Positions 1-13,544 of a DNA stretch of 64,000 nt are shown piece by piece (position 1 is the stretch's first letter; every line of letters starts with the position of its first letter). Position numbers and translations under genes: made by a program. The notes beneath the pieces are model-generated. The model had not been told where the DNA came from, did not search any database, and saw only the letters and a program-made list of their open reading frames with translations. This DNA is from Octopus vulgaris. Taxonomy: Eukaryota. Where the stretch lies: positions 20,956,001-21,020,000 of the forward strand of contig OX597819.1 of the NCBI GenBank assembly GCA_951406725.2, written 5' to 3'.

Positions 1-1294
1 TATATATATGTATGTATGTATGTGTGTGTTTGTGTGTGTGTGTAATAAGGATTATTACGAAATTACATACTATTAAATTTATACATTTAATATATACGTA
101 AGTATATAAGCATGTACAGTTATGAAAGTATGTATACATGCGTGCATATGTTCGCATAAGAAATTCATTTTAGATTGCATCAAATAAATTTTCTCAGACA
201 AAACTTCATCTCTGACTACCTTCAGTGTTCTCTCCGAATACTGTGTAATTCCAGTGGTGTTATCGGCTACTTTGACTGACATCTTTAATGAGGTGACGAG
301 CCACTGTGTAGTGTCCAAAGTTTGTATCTTCCTCGTGGCATAGACATCACGTACTCTCAATTATACTCTTGATACAACTTTGAATTACCTTGGAAATCAT
401 ATTTGGATCGTAACCGTTTCCATTCAACGCTGTAAACGTATACATTGCGCAATACGTGTATTTGCTTTCTGCTTCTATCGGGCTCTAGTGATTTTACTGG
501 GATATATTTGTTAGTAAATCCTACTTTGTAATGGTACCAATAAATATTGCCTTAAGCTAGCTTTTCATGAAGCCAAAATTATTTTCAAGCATCGGATACC
601 AGTCTAGTAAGTGTACAGGGACTTATCTCTTTGCAAATACCATACTGTTTTGGTGCGAATATATATTTTAAGAAGAGACAACATTCTATAAAGCAAAATA
701 TATTTGAAAGCATCTGAAAGTTGTCACGATAATTTACAACCAGCTTTGAGGTTGACTACAAAATATGTGAGTGCTATAATAAAACACGCCACAAACCTTT
801 GGCAACATAAGTATTTCTATTGCAGGGAAACATTCCATTTTTAATGTTTGAATAAAATTGTTAGTACTCATACTCCGTGGTCAACATAATCATGCTTGAT
901 TGGTCCTTAAAGTGAAAGCTGACGCCTAAATATATAATACAACAAGGGAGCTTTTGCTGTTGCTCAAATCAAAAGGAATCCAGGAACACCTGTTTCTCTA
1001 TAAACTCTGAATATTGAATGTCTGAAATGCACACATTTTGCATGTCATTTATCTGACATTACTGTGAAGACCATTATCATGATATATCCAGTTACCATGT
1101 TCGTGTATCAGTGTACGGATGTGTGTGTCTATCTGCCTGCTTCTCTCTCTTTCGCATCCTCTATCTCTCTCTCTCTCACTCTCTCAGTATATCAATCTCT
1201 CTGTCTACTACCTACGAAAATATCAACTATTCTCTCTCACTCACTCTCTGTCTCTCTCTCTCTATATATATATATTTGTCTATCTGTCTACCTA

Positions 1295-1352
<58 letters not shown>

Positions 1353-1829
1353 CATACACACGCATATGTATGTACTCATTTATATTCCTTATTTATACTT
1401 AGGAATGTGTGCGTGTGGTAGTAGTTATTGTTGTAGCAACAAATTTGCTTTTATACATGATCATAGTTTTGTTATCACAGACACACACAATATACATTTA
1501 CGTACACACTTGCAAACAGTTACATGCATACTGACACAAACACACGCACACACTGCTCCTATACCTAGCCAAGAGAGCCGATGTTTAGTGACAAGATTTA
1601 AAACTGGTATCCATCAAACGTCTTTGAGAAGTTTGAATCCTGGTCGAATATATTTTTACTGTTTTTCGTAGTCAATTCCGTTCAGTTTCTTTTCAATTAA
1701 ATTGTGATGCCAAGGAGGAATTTTAGATTTCTCCATCTTCGTTTTACCGTTTCTTCAAGTAATGTGATGAAATTATATCGTTCGTATGTAAAACACGCAT
1801 TTATTAGACACTTATATTTGGTTGCGTAT

Positions 1830-2018
1830 GTATATATATACACATATATACATATATGTATATATACACAAAAGATATATACACACATACACACACACAC
1901 ACACATATATATATACACACACACATATATATACACACACACATATATACACACATATATATATATGCACACATATATACACACACACATATAGATATAC
2001 ATATAGATATATATACAC

Positions 2019-2049
<31 letters not shown>

Positions 2050-2108
2050 TATTCACACATTTATACATATATATATATATATATATTCTTTTACATATAT
2101 AAATATTT

Positions 2109-2153
<45 letters not shown>

Positions 2154-2157
2154 CATA
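1830..2157. repeat. (TA)n/(CA)n compound microsatellite
   Basis: Mixed TA/CA dinucleotide runs; source of the YI/HT-rich spurious ORFs. Confidence 0.95.
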
Positions 2158-3390
2158 TAGGGTGGAGTAGCAAAATGTTTCAATATTTTGAGGCAGGGAT
2201 TTAAAGTCATTGTATGACCAATTAGTTTATTGATTGTCATGAGAATTTATTTGCTAGAAGAAAATTTACATAAGAGCAAAAACGTTTTATGCTATGTGTC
2301 CTCCTTCTTTCTCAATAACTGCTTTTATACGCTTACTGAAACTTGCTCAAGCGTTCCTCAAATATTCGGGAGACAACGTTTCCCATTCTTCTTTAATTTT
2401 ATTTTTAAGAGAGTCGACGTTGCTCGATGATGTTATTTTGCTTGCATGTTCTAAAAAGCCCCAAATAACATAATACGGAATGTTTAGATCTGGGCTAGAA
2501 GGCTGCCATAAACATGATTCCAAAAATTTGCTAAATTTGTATTAGCCAGGAAAATACAAGATTTCTGCAGTGTGGGCTGGAGCACCATCCTGTGTCCATA
2601 CATAATTACCATCTGGGTAGCTTTATTTAAGCCATAGTAATACCTGGTACCTCAGAGTCTTGTAGTAAGTATTAACATTGATCTTTTCATCAGCTTTGTA
2701 GAATGTTATAGGCATTTCCTTTCCATCGGAAACCACAACACCAAAAGACATAACATGAGCACGGTGTTTTGTTTTGAATGTCCTCTTAATCTCAATTGTC
2801 GATTTTGCGATAAATCTGTCATTTCTGCGGTTCAGAACAGCATCGACAGTGAAGATCTTTTCATTTGAAGAGATCGTTACAATGTAGGACTTTTTCTTGA
2901 AACATGTAATAATGTTCTTGCACCTTTCCAATCTCTTTTCCTTCATAGCTGTTGTCAACAAGTGTTTTGGTGTTCTTGTGTAAGATTCTAACCTCAAATT
3001 AAATTTTACTGCATTTCTAATGGTCTTGTTGTCCATCTCAAGTTCCATTGCAATTTTTCTCATGGATTTGGTTGGATCCTTTAGTATTTGGGATTTGAGA
3101 GCTTTAATAAAATCTTTGATACGTTTTTTGTTGATTCCTCCACTTCCATTCTTCCTCATAATAGTTTTGCTTATAGTCATTCTATTCTTTACATAATACA
3201 GTCTTTATGGACACTCCAACTATTCTTGAAATCTCCTTTGGTGTGATGAGTGCATTCAGCAAATCACACACTCTTTGGCGTTTTCTTTCTTGATTACTCA
3301 TATGGGCAAAAGTTTCTGAAAAGATAAGGATAATATTGTTAGGTATAATTATGACATCAATATATGCTAGGTTTCAAAACAATTGACTTA
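2158..3390 (-). mobile_element. Degenerate Tc1/mariner DNA transposon (maT/DD37D-like) with transposase pseudogene
   Basis: ATG at 3301 (MSNQERKRQRVCDLL...); ORF 2623-3180 has SNEKIFTVD..NRRNDR (W/FSDEK motif); downstream YPDGNYVWTQDGAPAHT and WQPSSPDLN; TA|TAGGGTGG TIR-like end near 2158; frameshifts present, so the catalytic spacing cannot be counted. Confidence 0.9.
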
Positions 3391-4270
3391 GTGCCTGCTG
3401 TCGAAGAGCGTATGCTCGAAACGTAAAAGACTTTTTCTATTCCTGAGCGCTATACTAATACATTTGTTTGTTTGTACTCCACCTGCCTTCGTCTTTTGTT
3501 TATTTTCGTAAACATTCCCGTTATATATATATATATATATATATATTCACATACATACAAATACAGGTTACAAAGCTCGTTTAGGGATAGCAAAATCCTA
3601 TGAAATCACTGGCTAGTTACCTATACAAAGAATTTTGGACATTAGTTAATACTCAGCTATATAAACAACTATATAAACCGTAGTGTTTATATAAGAGAAA
3701 AAAAACGAGAGATAATTAATAAATTATTATTTTTTAATTAGAAAATTGACAAAGGTCGTTTACTATATATTAGATGTTCAATTCCTGCATGCTGAGGTAT
3801 GGCTGCAAACCGCTGACCGATAACATTTATACATAAACAATTAGTATAAAACATGGTACAGATTGTAGGAAGGAGAGGAAGGTAGTGTATATTGGAGTTG
3901 TAAAGTAAGAATAGATCGATATATTTATGTAAAGTATGTAGTAAAAGAAATACCGAAGCAGATATATTGGTATAAATGTCACACATTGTGATTTTGTGTC
4001 CATCCATATTAAGTCAATAGAAAATTAGTTGGTAGATTTTAAGTCATGTATGTATAGTTATTGTTAATATTTAATTAAGGTAGAAGACACTCTATGCAGT
4101 ATATAACTTATTATAAATATCGAAAGAGTTAAAAGACTTATAAGGTATATTAAATTAATACTAGGTTACTTAAAAATTAATCTTTCTACGTATTGCCATT
4201 CCTTGTACAATGAACATTTTACGGCTTTCTATTTCCTTGCATGAAGGTATATCTAACATTAACGCATTCA

Positions 4271-4647
4271 TCTTTATATACAAAAGTGAAGGTGTGTGTC
4301 TGTCTCCTACGATTTAGATTCCTAACTACTCCCACATTTTGCGGTGCAGTTTAACCAAAACCGGGTATCTTATAGTCGTGATTTATATCGAGCCCTTCTG
4401 GGTATTAGCGCGCGTCTACGATGAGTCTACGATTAAAAAAAAAAATTACCATCATTTTTTTCCCATTTTTAATGCATTCTTTTTGCTATTATATAAGGGA
4501 AGTAACTTTCTAAAAATGTATTATTAAATCTCAGAACGTAAAACGCTACAGTAACACCCTCCTTTGTGGTTAACCATATTGAGATGGCTATTATACTTTA
4601 CATCTCTAAAAATGCTTATATAGTTATTTTCCGGGCGATACTGCTAG
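4271..4647 (+). mobile_element. Non-autonomous Helitron (copy 1)
   Basis: A|TC 5' end at 4270/4271, CTAG|T 3' end at 4647/4648, no TSD; homologous copy at 34307-34919. Confidence 0.88.
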
Positions 4648-5357
4648 TTTATTATAATAATAAGTTTTATTTGCATTAATTTTGAATTATTCTATTAAAA
4701 AAACCCTCACATTTTAGCTATTTTCTTATTGACTGTAAAATATAGTTTTTATTTATGCGGTCTCATTTGTTGTATGTCCCTAAATTAGATTGTTCCCAGT
4801 TTTATTGGCTCTTCCTCACTAAATTATTTGTACTGTATAAAACCAACCTGAAGCTATATTCTAACTCACTGTAAACTGTTCATATTTATTTCTACCTGGT
4901 TTCGCTTTAAATTATTCTCACCTGTTTTTAGCTCTTCACCTTTTTATCAAATATCTGCTTTCGGTTTTGAGCGAATTATTCTTAACTATTTAAATAATTT
5001 TATTAGTATGCTTTAATTTAACTTGTTGAATTCACCCATATTTAAGCCCTTATGGATACTTAAATTATCATATATTTATTCCTTTTAATTTTTATTTATG
5101 TTAAATACTATATCTACTTACTTCTGCTTCTTAACAATTTACATCCAGTATCTCACGAAGGGCGCGCTGCATATCTGAAACTTTTAATTGTTTTATCCCA
5201 TAATCCCATACCTTTATTAGTCTAGCTGAATAATGAATTTTTAAGGCGTGAAAGACCATATTTTGTGAGTCTATTCATTTATCTATTTTTAATCTATTTT
5301 GTTTTATTTATTTTGCCTTACTCCGTATCCTACAAAGCCTTTCGCGTTTGTTTATAA

Positions 5358-5414
<57 letters not shown>

Positions 5415-5571
5415 TGTTGAAATGGAAAGATGAATTATCTTGTTACGGATTATTCAAAAGTTTAACCGATACCTGGGTAGCAAAAATCACAGCAGAAAAA
5501 ACACGGTTACAGTTATGACCATAGGGTGTTGCAACCGTGCGTTGGCGTGGATAATTGAAGTTTAATATAAT

Positions 5572-5844
5572 TAGTGAATGGAAGAAATGGAGCTGAACGA
5601 AGATTCTACAGAATTCCTTTTATTACATTCTACACATGTTTCAAAGGCCACAAATTTCCAAATTCTGATTCCAGAATTTTGTTTTCTTTGGACATCGTAA
5701 TTCCTGGATTTTTCTGAAGAGAAAGCTGCAATATGGTATCCTTATTCAATCAGAATATGGAAATTTGTGGCCTTTGAAACATGTGTAGAATGTAATAAAA
5801 GGAATTCTGTAGAATATTCGTCCAGCTCCATTTCTTCAATTCAC

Positions 5845-5846
<2 letters not shown>
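5572..5846. repeat. Fold-back inverted repeat (~100-bp arms) in a Penelope-like insert between (TA)n tracts
   Basis: 5572-5670 is a near-perfect reverse complement of 5748-5846; a hammerhead-like core overlaps the right arm. Confidence 0.85.
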
Positions 5847-5938
<92 letters not shown>

Positions 5939-6652
5939 TACATGTGAGTTTATGTATGTGCGGGTGTGTATGTCTGCATATACTTGTGAATATGTGCGAA
6001 AATATTATACGAATGAACAATAGTCAGTTAAGTAACAAGACGAAAGAAAAGTCAATTCATATCGTAAACTTTAACGAACGTCTCCTTCCGAATATTTTTG
6101 TTATTTGAAACCTATTTGATAAAACAAAATTCTTCATCCGTTTTCTACTCGACCATTCGAAGTAATTGCACTGAATTTTCGAAAATAAACACAACTACTC
6201 ACGGGAATAAAATAGATTTAAGTCGTTGATCTGCGCGTATTTTTTCTATTTCGCAGTGAATTTTTACTTCATCGTATTTCCCAAATGGTCTCGAAGAGCA
6301 GAATAACATACTGCATAAAATGTTCTTTGAGATAGTTATCGTATACGAAAAATATTGCAGGGAATCCTAAACTGACCAACAGATGCATCGTGTATTCCTC
6401 AGAGGTCTTAGCGTTCTGACCTTAATTGCTTTACTGGTTCCTTCAGGTATTCTTCTGGGAGATACATTGTTTAAAAAAAAATCTCTTCAGGTTTCTCAAC
6501 ACTAATTTTTTTCGTATTTTGATATACTTTTTATATTTTAAAGTCAGTAGGTTTTCGACAATAGAACCTACAGCATCTATGTACGTCATCTATTGCAAAC
6601 GTCTATCCGCATGAGACTTTATTTCTGTCGGTGCTATTCTTATGTTAGAATA

Positions 6653-7426
6653 TTAAAAAGTATGGCAATACAACTTATAATTTAAAGTGCATCCTAAGTT
6701 AAGAAACGACTATAAATTTATTTAACAGATCAGATTTCGATGTTGTCTTTGCATGATCGGATGTCTGGCGAAAATTAACAAACAAATATCGATCAAAATG
6801 AAAGTCTCATTCGATTACGTAGTTTGAAATAAACAAGAAGAAAAACGTGGAACGGTTACATAGACAATTTCTCTGAAGTTAGGTCACCGCAGTCTACGAC
6901 GATTTGGGGCTGAGCACTAGAATCTGGCAAATAAATAACTGGAAGTCCAATAGTTTTAAAAGATAAAAGAGGACACTGCATCAAAAGCCAATATAGACAT
7001 TGTCTTGGTCGTCTTCTAAGAAAAATAGGAACCTGTGGTATTATAACATATTTCACAAAATAGTTAAGAGGGACAAATTGCTACAGGTGCCTGAAGCTGT
7101 CATTTTGTGCTAAAATATTTGAAATTGTTGAAATGCAAATGCTATGGAATTCGTTCGATGACTTAATAGGATTTACAAATTGAACTTGGTTTTGTGGTAA
7201 GCCAAAGATCAATGTAAATATATAATCCATTATAACACATAAATAATAAATATCATGCATAATTTCCTGTTCTTGTGCATACTGTTATAAAGTATACATT
7301 GTTTGTTAATTTTCGCCAGACATCCGATCATGCAAAGACAACATCGAAATCTGATCTGTTAAAAAATTTATAGTCGTTAACTTAGGATGCACTTTAAATT
7401 ACAAGTTGTATTGCCATACTTTTTAA
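6653..7426. mobile_element. Non-autonomous DNA transposon with ~130-bp TIRs and TTAA TSD (Kolobok/piggyBac-type target)
   Basis: TTAA|AAAGTATGGC...GCCATACTTT|TTAA; arms 6657-6786 and 7299-7422. Confidence 0.8.
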
Positions 7427-9569
7427 TGATGTAAGGGACATATATTATCCCAAAATAAAACACTTTCCTGTGATTAACGAAGAATCCACTGGTCGACGAT
7501 TTACCGCCTGTCTACTCTCAGCTATTAAATATTTTGGTAAATATTCATAGTGAACATTTTAGCTGGAAGCGGCCATTTCTCATTCGTAATAATATAGCCC
7601 GACGTATCGAACATTATCAATGTTTTAAATCTCTTTTTTCCTTTAATCTTTGTGTGTGTGATTCTGAATTCCGTTTTGAGATTTTCTTGTCTATATTCAT
7701 TTCAACAACATCTGTTTCATTTCACAGCAAAACTCATTTTTATACTTCGCAGAGAAACCTGAGAAAATAATTGAAACGTGTGAGAATGTGCTTTATACAT
7801 TTCTGTCAAAAGAAAAAAAAAGAAGAAAAAACATAAAGCAAAGCATTATTTAGCAATGTAACATATCTTGTTCCTCGATACATAATTACATTTCCTTAGA
7901 TTTTTCTTATTAACGCTATACTAACCAGTACGACCGATTTAACCGGTGTGGTGTATGTAACTTCAGTTCCTTTATGCTAAAGTTGTTTTGCAACAGGTCA
8001 GTTCCGATAAAGCAGATCAGGATGAAAATTTTCTCGTTTTGATCATCTTCCTTATCAGGTATCAGCAGATTCAGCATCGATGATCTTCATTCGGGATAGT
8101 CCACTCCTTAATCATATCAAAACAGTTTCTTCTCTCAGCATTTACCATCTAATTTGCCTTTTACTATTAATCTTTGTATACATTGTATTTTTACCAAAGT
8201 AATACAGCTTCATTTTCTAATAGTTGTTATTAATAATATTTTTGTACAATATTTCTTACATGTAATGCTTCTTCATTAAACTTATCCTTTTCAAAGAATT
8301 CTTGATAATCTTCCATGTGTACGTATTTCAAACGATTTTTATTTGATTATACGACTTCAATATCAGGATATCTATGTTTGCCAAACTACATGATGCAATG
8401 CATTACGCCAGTAATGTTTCTTGGAGGTCAGATAAGGCGTACATTTGCACGGTGGTTCTAGTGTCCACATTTCTATCAAACGCCCTTCATTAGTCTTAAA
8501 TACAAAAACAAAGCAACGTCCAAGTGATTTATGTGTAAAATATATCTTCCTATGTTTGTATTGTTTCACGTTATTCTTTGAGAGATGTGTAATCAACTCT
8601 TAAGTATAATTTTAGAGCGTAATATTAATTAATTAGTGATATTAGCATAATTAATAGGTCCATTGATTGCCTTAATATTTAAATCACTAAGATTAACCCT
8701 GTATGGTCGATTAATCTTCTCAATAATGTATATTTACTTTGGCTATATCTACACTGTGTTTTCTACTACTAAATAATGACAAGATCATAGATTAGGAGAA
8801 ACAATGCCTGAGTTCTTCACATATGAACATTCGTTGTTCTAACTTCACCAGTTTCTGTTACTGGAGGACAATATCGCTGAACACTAATGCAGAGTTAAAT
8901 ATTTGTGCAGATTCAGTATCTAATAACTTGTGTGTGTATATACTCTCGAATATTTGTGTGTCCTAGTGTGTAAGTATGAATAGCGATGCCAGTGTGTAAC
9001 TAAAGATTACGAACATATCGAATAAATACTTATAAAGTTGGAAACTTTAGAAGACAGTTCTTATAATTGGTTGATTCCCATCCTGCAGTAGTAATCTGCG
9101 GCTTGTCACAATATTCAGCAGAACCCATTAAACATATTGAATATGCCCCTACCAACATATAAAAACATGAAAATCTATACAAATATAAATATTGCGATAT
9201 AACATACACGTATATCTTATATCGATACAGGTATATCATCGACATATTAACATACATAGATTTACACAAATATATATATATATAAATATAAATAAAATTT
9301 GTGTGTGTGTACCATTTGTTGTATCACAAGTATTCCTAATAACGAAGAAACGTGGATCGATTCATATGAGTGACTCATCGCCCTGCTGCTATGCGAGGTA
9401 CATTTTTTATCCGATATATTAACGACTATTAATTATAACAAAATTTCTATTCCAGACAGCATTTCAATGTCTCAAAAATATCTATGTATATGTATGTGTG
9501 TGTATATGTATATGCTTATATCTAAATATATATATATATATATATATATTTGTGTGCATCTTTTACTTA

Positions 9570-9775
9570 ATGTTTCTTTAAGTCATTTAACTAGGGTCCC
9601 AGCCTCAGGCTTTTTAGACGAAGGAATCGATCCCAGTACTTATATTTTTTGAATCTGGTTCTCATTCTGTCGTTTTTCCTTTATACCTCAACGCTACATT
9701 ACGGGACGCAAACATACCAACACCGGTTATCGAACAGTGGAGGAAGATAAACACAAGCACAAAGACACGTATAAA
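9570..9775 (-). mobile_element. Degenerate SINE family A 3' half
   Basis: Similar to 16152-16510 (aagtcattt...atcgatcccagtacttat...ttacgggacgcaaacataccaacaccggtt). Confidence 0.6.
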
Positions 9776-10454
9776 AACACACACACACATACACACACAC
9801 ATATATATATATATACAGATTTACATTCATTGCTATGTGTAAGCATACATACATTTATGTGTGCGTCTATAAATATATTTGCACGCTTGTATGTATGTAT
9901 ATTGAATTGAGTTTGTATCGGATTGGGAATAAAATGAGTAATCATATGAACCGTTCACCAAGACATTTCCATTCCAGAGTAATATTTCAAAACTAGACTG
10001 ACCAACATATGTACATGTTTTTTTATTTAATAATATATTCTATACGTTTCTCGTTTTCATACATTTAATTTAATCATTATTCTTGTTACTTTCTCTTTTT
10101 GTTACATTGAACAACTTCATGCATGAATCGTCTTCTATGTAAAACAGAGCCTATTTCAGTTTTTATTCGTTATTTCTGTATTTTTGCCAGTGTTATTCAA
10201 AAGTATTCAGCCGTTGTGGGTCACAAATGTCGAGTATATATTTGAATGCACCGAGTAATTTTACACATTTGTCATCTTCCTTAATTCGCATTCCCAATAC
10301 ACGTTTTTCGGTACCTATTGCTGTTAGAAATGACACGGGTTTTAATGAAATAGATGCGGTTACTAACTATGGACGCATTATTTATAAACACATATACTAA
10401 TTTTAACGCCCAGGTTCCGTAAAATAAGTTCTAAATACAAGATATATATATGTA

Positions 10455-10952
10455 TCCTAGAAGAACTGGAATAGACATGAGGGCACCTAAAATTGCTTTA
10501 TTGGGGACGACTAGGATTTTGAGACTGGTGCTTGAGTACTGAGTGTCTTCCATGATAATATTACATCGAATTACGAAAGCTGAAGTTTGAAGAAAGAGCC
10601 CCACTGGGACCTCTAAAAACAGGTTGCTGTCCTTTATCGCAGAAAGAACTCGAGCAAGTAAGACCTAAACCTCTTAAAAGAACTTAGGTAGAATCTGTGA
10701 GAAAAGAGTGTGGGAGAAACGTGAATCACCTTGATAGTGCTTGTAAAAGATTTGCGCGGAAATGGTACGAGCGAAGACACATGGTAGCATAAGAACCTCA
10801 CTGTTACTATTCCGGAAGTGTGCATAAGAGGTAATGTGTGCTTGGTACCAACATACACAGGAAAAGATAATGGAGGAGCACAGTAGGGCAAAAATCCTGT
10901 GGGACATTGACATCGAGGCAAACACGGCGTTAGGGCACCGAAGGCCGGAATT
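10455..10952 (+). mobile_element. R4/Dong-clade LINE fragments (RLE C-terminus, then CCHC/RLE start)
   Basis: KIALLGTTRILRLVLEY* near 10490-10542; then VNHLDSAC..WYERRH, WYQHTQEK, AKILWDIDIE..HRRPEL; matches the element at 41435-41929. Confidence 0.7.
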
Positions 10953-11037
10953 GTGCACACACGCATATACACACATGTGCATACATATGTGCGCGCGCAC
11001 ATGTGTGTCTAGATGTGAGTGTCTGTGTATACAGAAG

Positions 11038-11215
11038 AAGGGATCTCCTCCGGTCAAGAGTTCTGGATGAACCTACCTACCGACAACAAAGCCACTGATT
11101 CACCAAAACTTACATACTACAGGAGGTTTCTAGCAGTGAAGATGTAACAAAGCTAACGGTGGTGCTCCAGCAGGGCCTCAGCTCTCGAGTTGAAGCTAAT
11201 AAATAAAAAAAAAAC
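11038..11215 (+). mobile_element. CR1/L2-like LINE 3' end
   Basis: DLL..RV.DEPT.RQ-like coding end, ggtggtgctccagca tail and A-rich end; same family as 22800-23893. Confidence 0.7.
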
Positions 11216-11465
11216 AACTAAGAATTTGCGTATCAGTGTATATATATATACATATAAACACGAACACAAACACACACATATAACATATGCATGCATAAAG
11301 GGATGTGAGAAACTGTAAGACTGTCTGAGTGAGTAATATAAAACAAAGTTGTATCTGTGCCGGATTATGTGTTATGTGAGTGTAAATCACAATCAGATTT
11401 GTTCAGAAAGAGATTTTTAGTGCAATTCATAATTGATACGAGTACACATTTCTGACACTGAACTA

Positions 11466-11494
<29 letters not shown>

Positions 11495-11496
<2 letters not shown>

Positions 11497-11512
11497 CATA
11501 CACCTATATGTA

Positions 11513-11556
<44 letters not shown>

Positions 11557-11700
11557 TATATATATATACATACACCTATGTGTATGCATATATATATATA
11601 CATACACCTATGTGTATGCATATATATATATACATACACCTATGTGTATGCATATATATATATATACATATACCTATATGTATGCATATATATACATAAA
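11495..11700. repeat. ~28-30 bp minisatellite derived from TA/CA repeats
   Basis: Repeated (at)n-acatacacctatgtgtatgc units. Confidence 0.8.
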
Positions 11701-11833
11701 ATTGCATTTTGTTATATACTTGACTCTTTACATCTATCAGAATAAGCGTGCATGTTAAAAATATGTGCGTGCGCCAGTGTATATAAATACGTACATGTGT
11801 AAATGAATATACGCACACACAGTATACATATAC

Positions 11834-11884
<51 letters not shown>

Positions 11885-13215
11885 GTTTAGATATTGATGT
11901 ATATATACACACATATTCACAAACACATACATGTATACCGTATATGTATACATACAAAATCACATTCACACACATATATGCATATAAATTAATCATGAAA
12001 TATGCGTGTACGCGTACGCTTCCCTTGGGTCAGTATTCTGTGAAAATTACGGGGTTTCATACTATTCGCAGAAAACTTGAAGATATTAATATAGATGGAT
12101 ATTTGTAATTCGAGTCCAGAGAGAGTGTATCGAATTTCTGTAGAATTTATAGCTATTATGCAACGCTTTGAAACATATTCTGAGGAATAAGAACGATTGG
12201 TAATTTCCAATGACAGCAGCAATATTCCTGGCTGAATAAAATGAAGGTTTATATTAAATCGTAATGATATATTATAACTCAGCAGAGTCTGTTGGCTGTA
12301 AACAATCTTCAGTGTTTGGAGAACGATATGTGAATATACAGGAAACCATATCAGTAACACATCTAAACGCGTGTATATATATCTCTATATTCCTCTCTCT
12401 GTCTATATATAAATAAATATAATATAAATATATTTAGATATAAATAAATATAAATAGATATAAATACATATAAATATATATATATACGCATACACACACA
12501 AATACATGCATACCTGTGTTATTGTATACATACATATACGTGTGTGTGTGTTTCATAAGATATTTTCTTTTTCAATTTCAACTGTCACATACATCACGGC
12601 ACATGCCTGCACATATGCGTAGCAATTATAGATATTTATATTCAGATATTGTTCATATATGAATGTATGTTTATTTCGTAATTCAGTGTTATACGTACTT
12701 AGCTTGAACGTAGAATGACCGTTATAAAACTATATCTCAGGCAGGACATCTATGTATGTATATGTGTGTTTATGTATGAGTTTGTGTATATATGTATATA
12801 TACACAATAACTCTAACACAGGATCACATAACCCCCATATCTTTGCGTTACACTATATATATAATTATTATTTGAAGGAATAAAATCCAAACTTAAAAGG
12901 AAAAAGAATTCAATTTAGAAATACTAAATCAAATTCCATACAAAAAAGTATTTATTAATTAATTATTTTATTGTTCTATTTTATTTTTAACTGATTAGCG
13001 ACTATATGTAAGTGATGTTTCTACTACTATAATCATTTCTTAAATATAGTAGCGAAACATGTGTCGTTTTTCTACCTATTATATATTATTTTTCTAATTT
13101 ACTTAATCTTCACTTTTTATTGTTATTTTAATTTTATCTTTTCTATTATATGTAATTTTCTAGATGGTGTAATTTAATTATTCATCCTGAATTGATAAAA
13201 GGTGTTTTTTTTCCA

Positions 13216-13254
<39 letters not shown>

Positions 13255-13476
13255 AAATATAGAGCTGTGTAATTATACGATTTTATGAAGATACATTTGT
13301 ATATACTGAAACGCAGCGCTTGCATTAGGTGTGAGTCTCCGGGTATGTAGTTACGTAATATATTAGGCCGACAATATGATAATGTGAAAAATATATTGAT
13401 AACTGAAAAAAACTTGATTTACATTCCAAAATTAATTTCCTTTGGTAGAGATAACACAACTGCGAATATTTTACGA

Positions 13477-13544
13477 CATTCTCTTTATTACGTTAGGTAT
13501 TATTTAACGGCATTCTCTATATTACGTTAGGTATTATTTAACGA
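13477..13544. repeat. 34-bp tandem duplication
   Basis: cattctct(t/a)tattacgttaggtattatttaacg x2. Confidence 0.85.

Noticed and set aside
170-450. Degenerate Penelope coding fragment on the minus strand
   Set aside because: Only a weak NGY-like motif; too little to call
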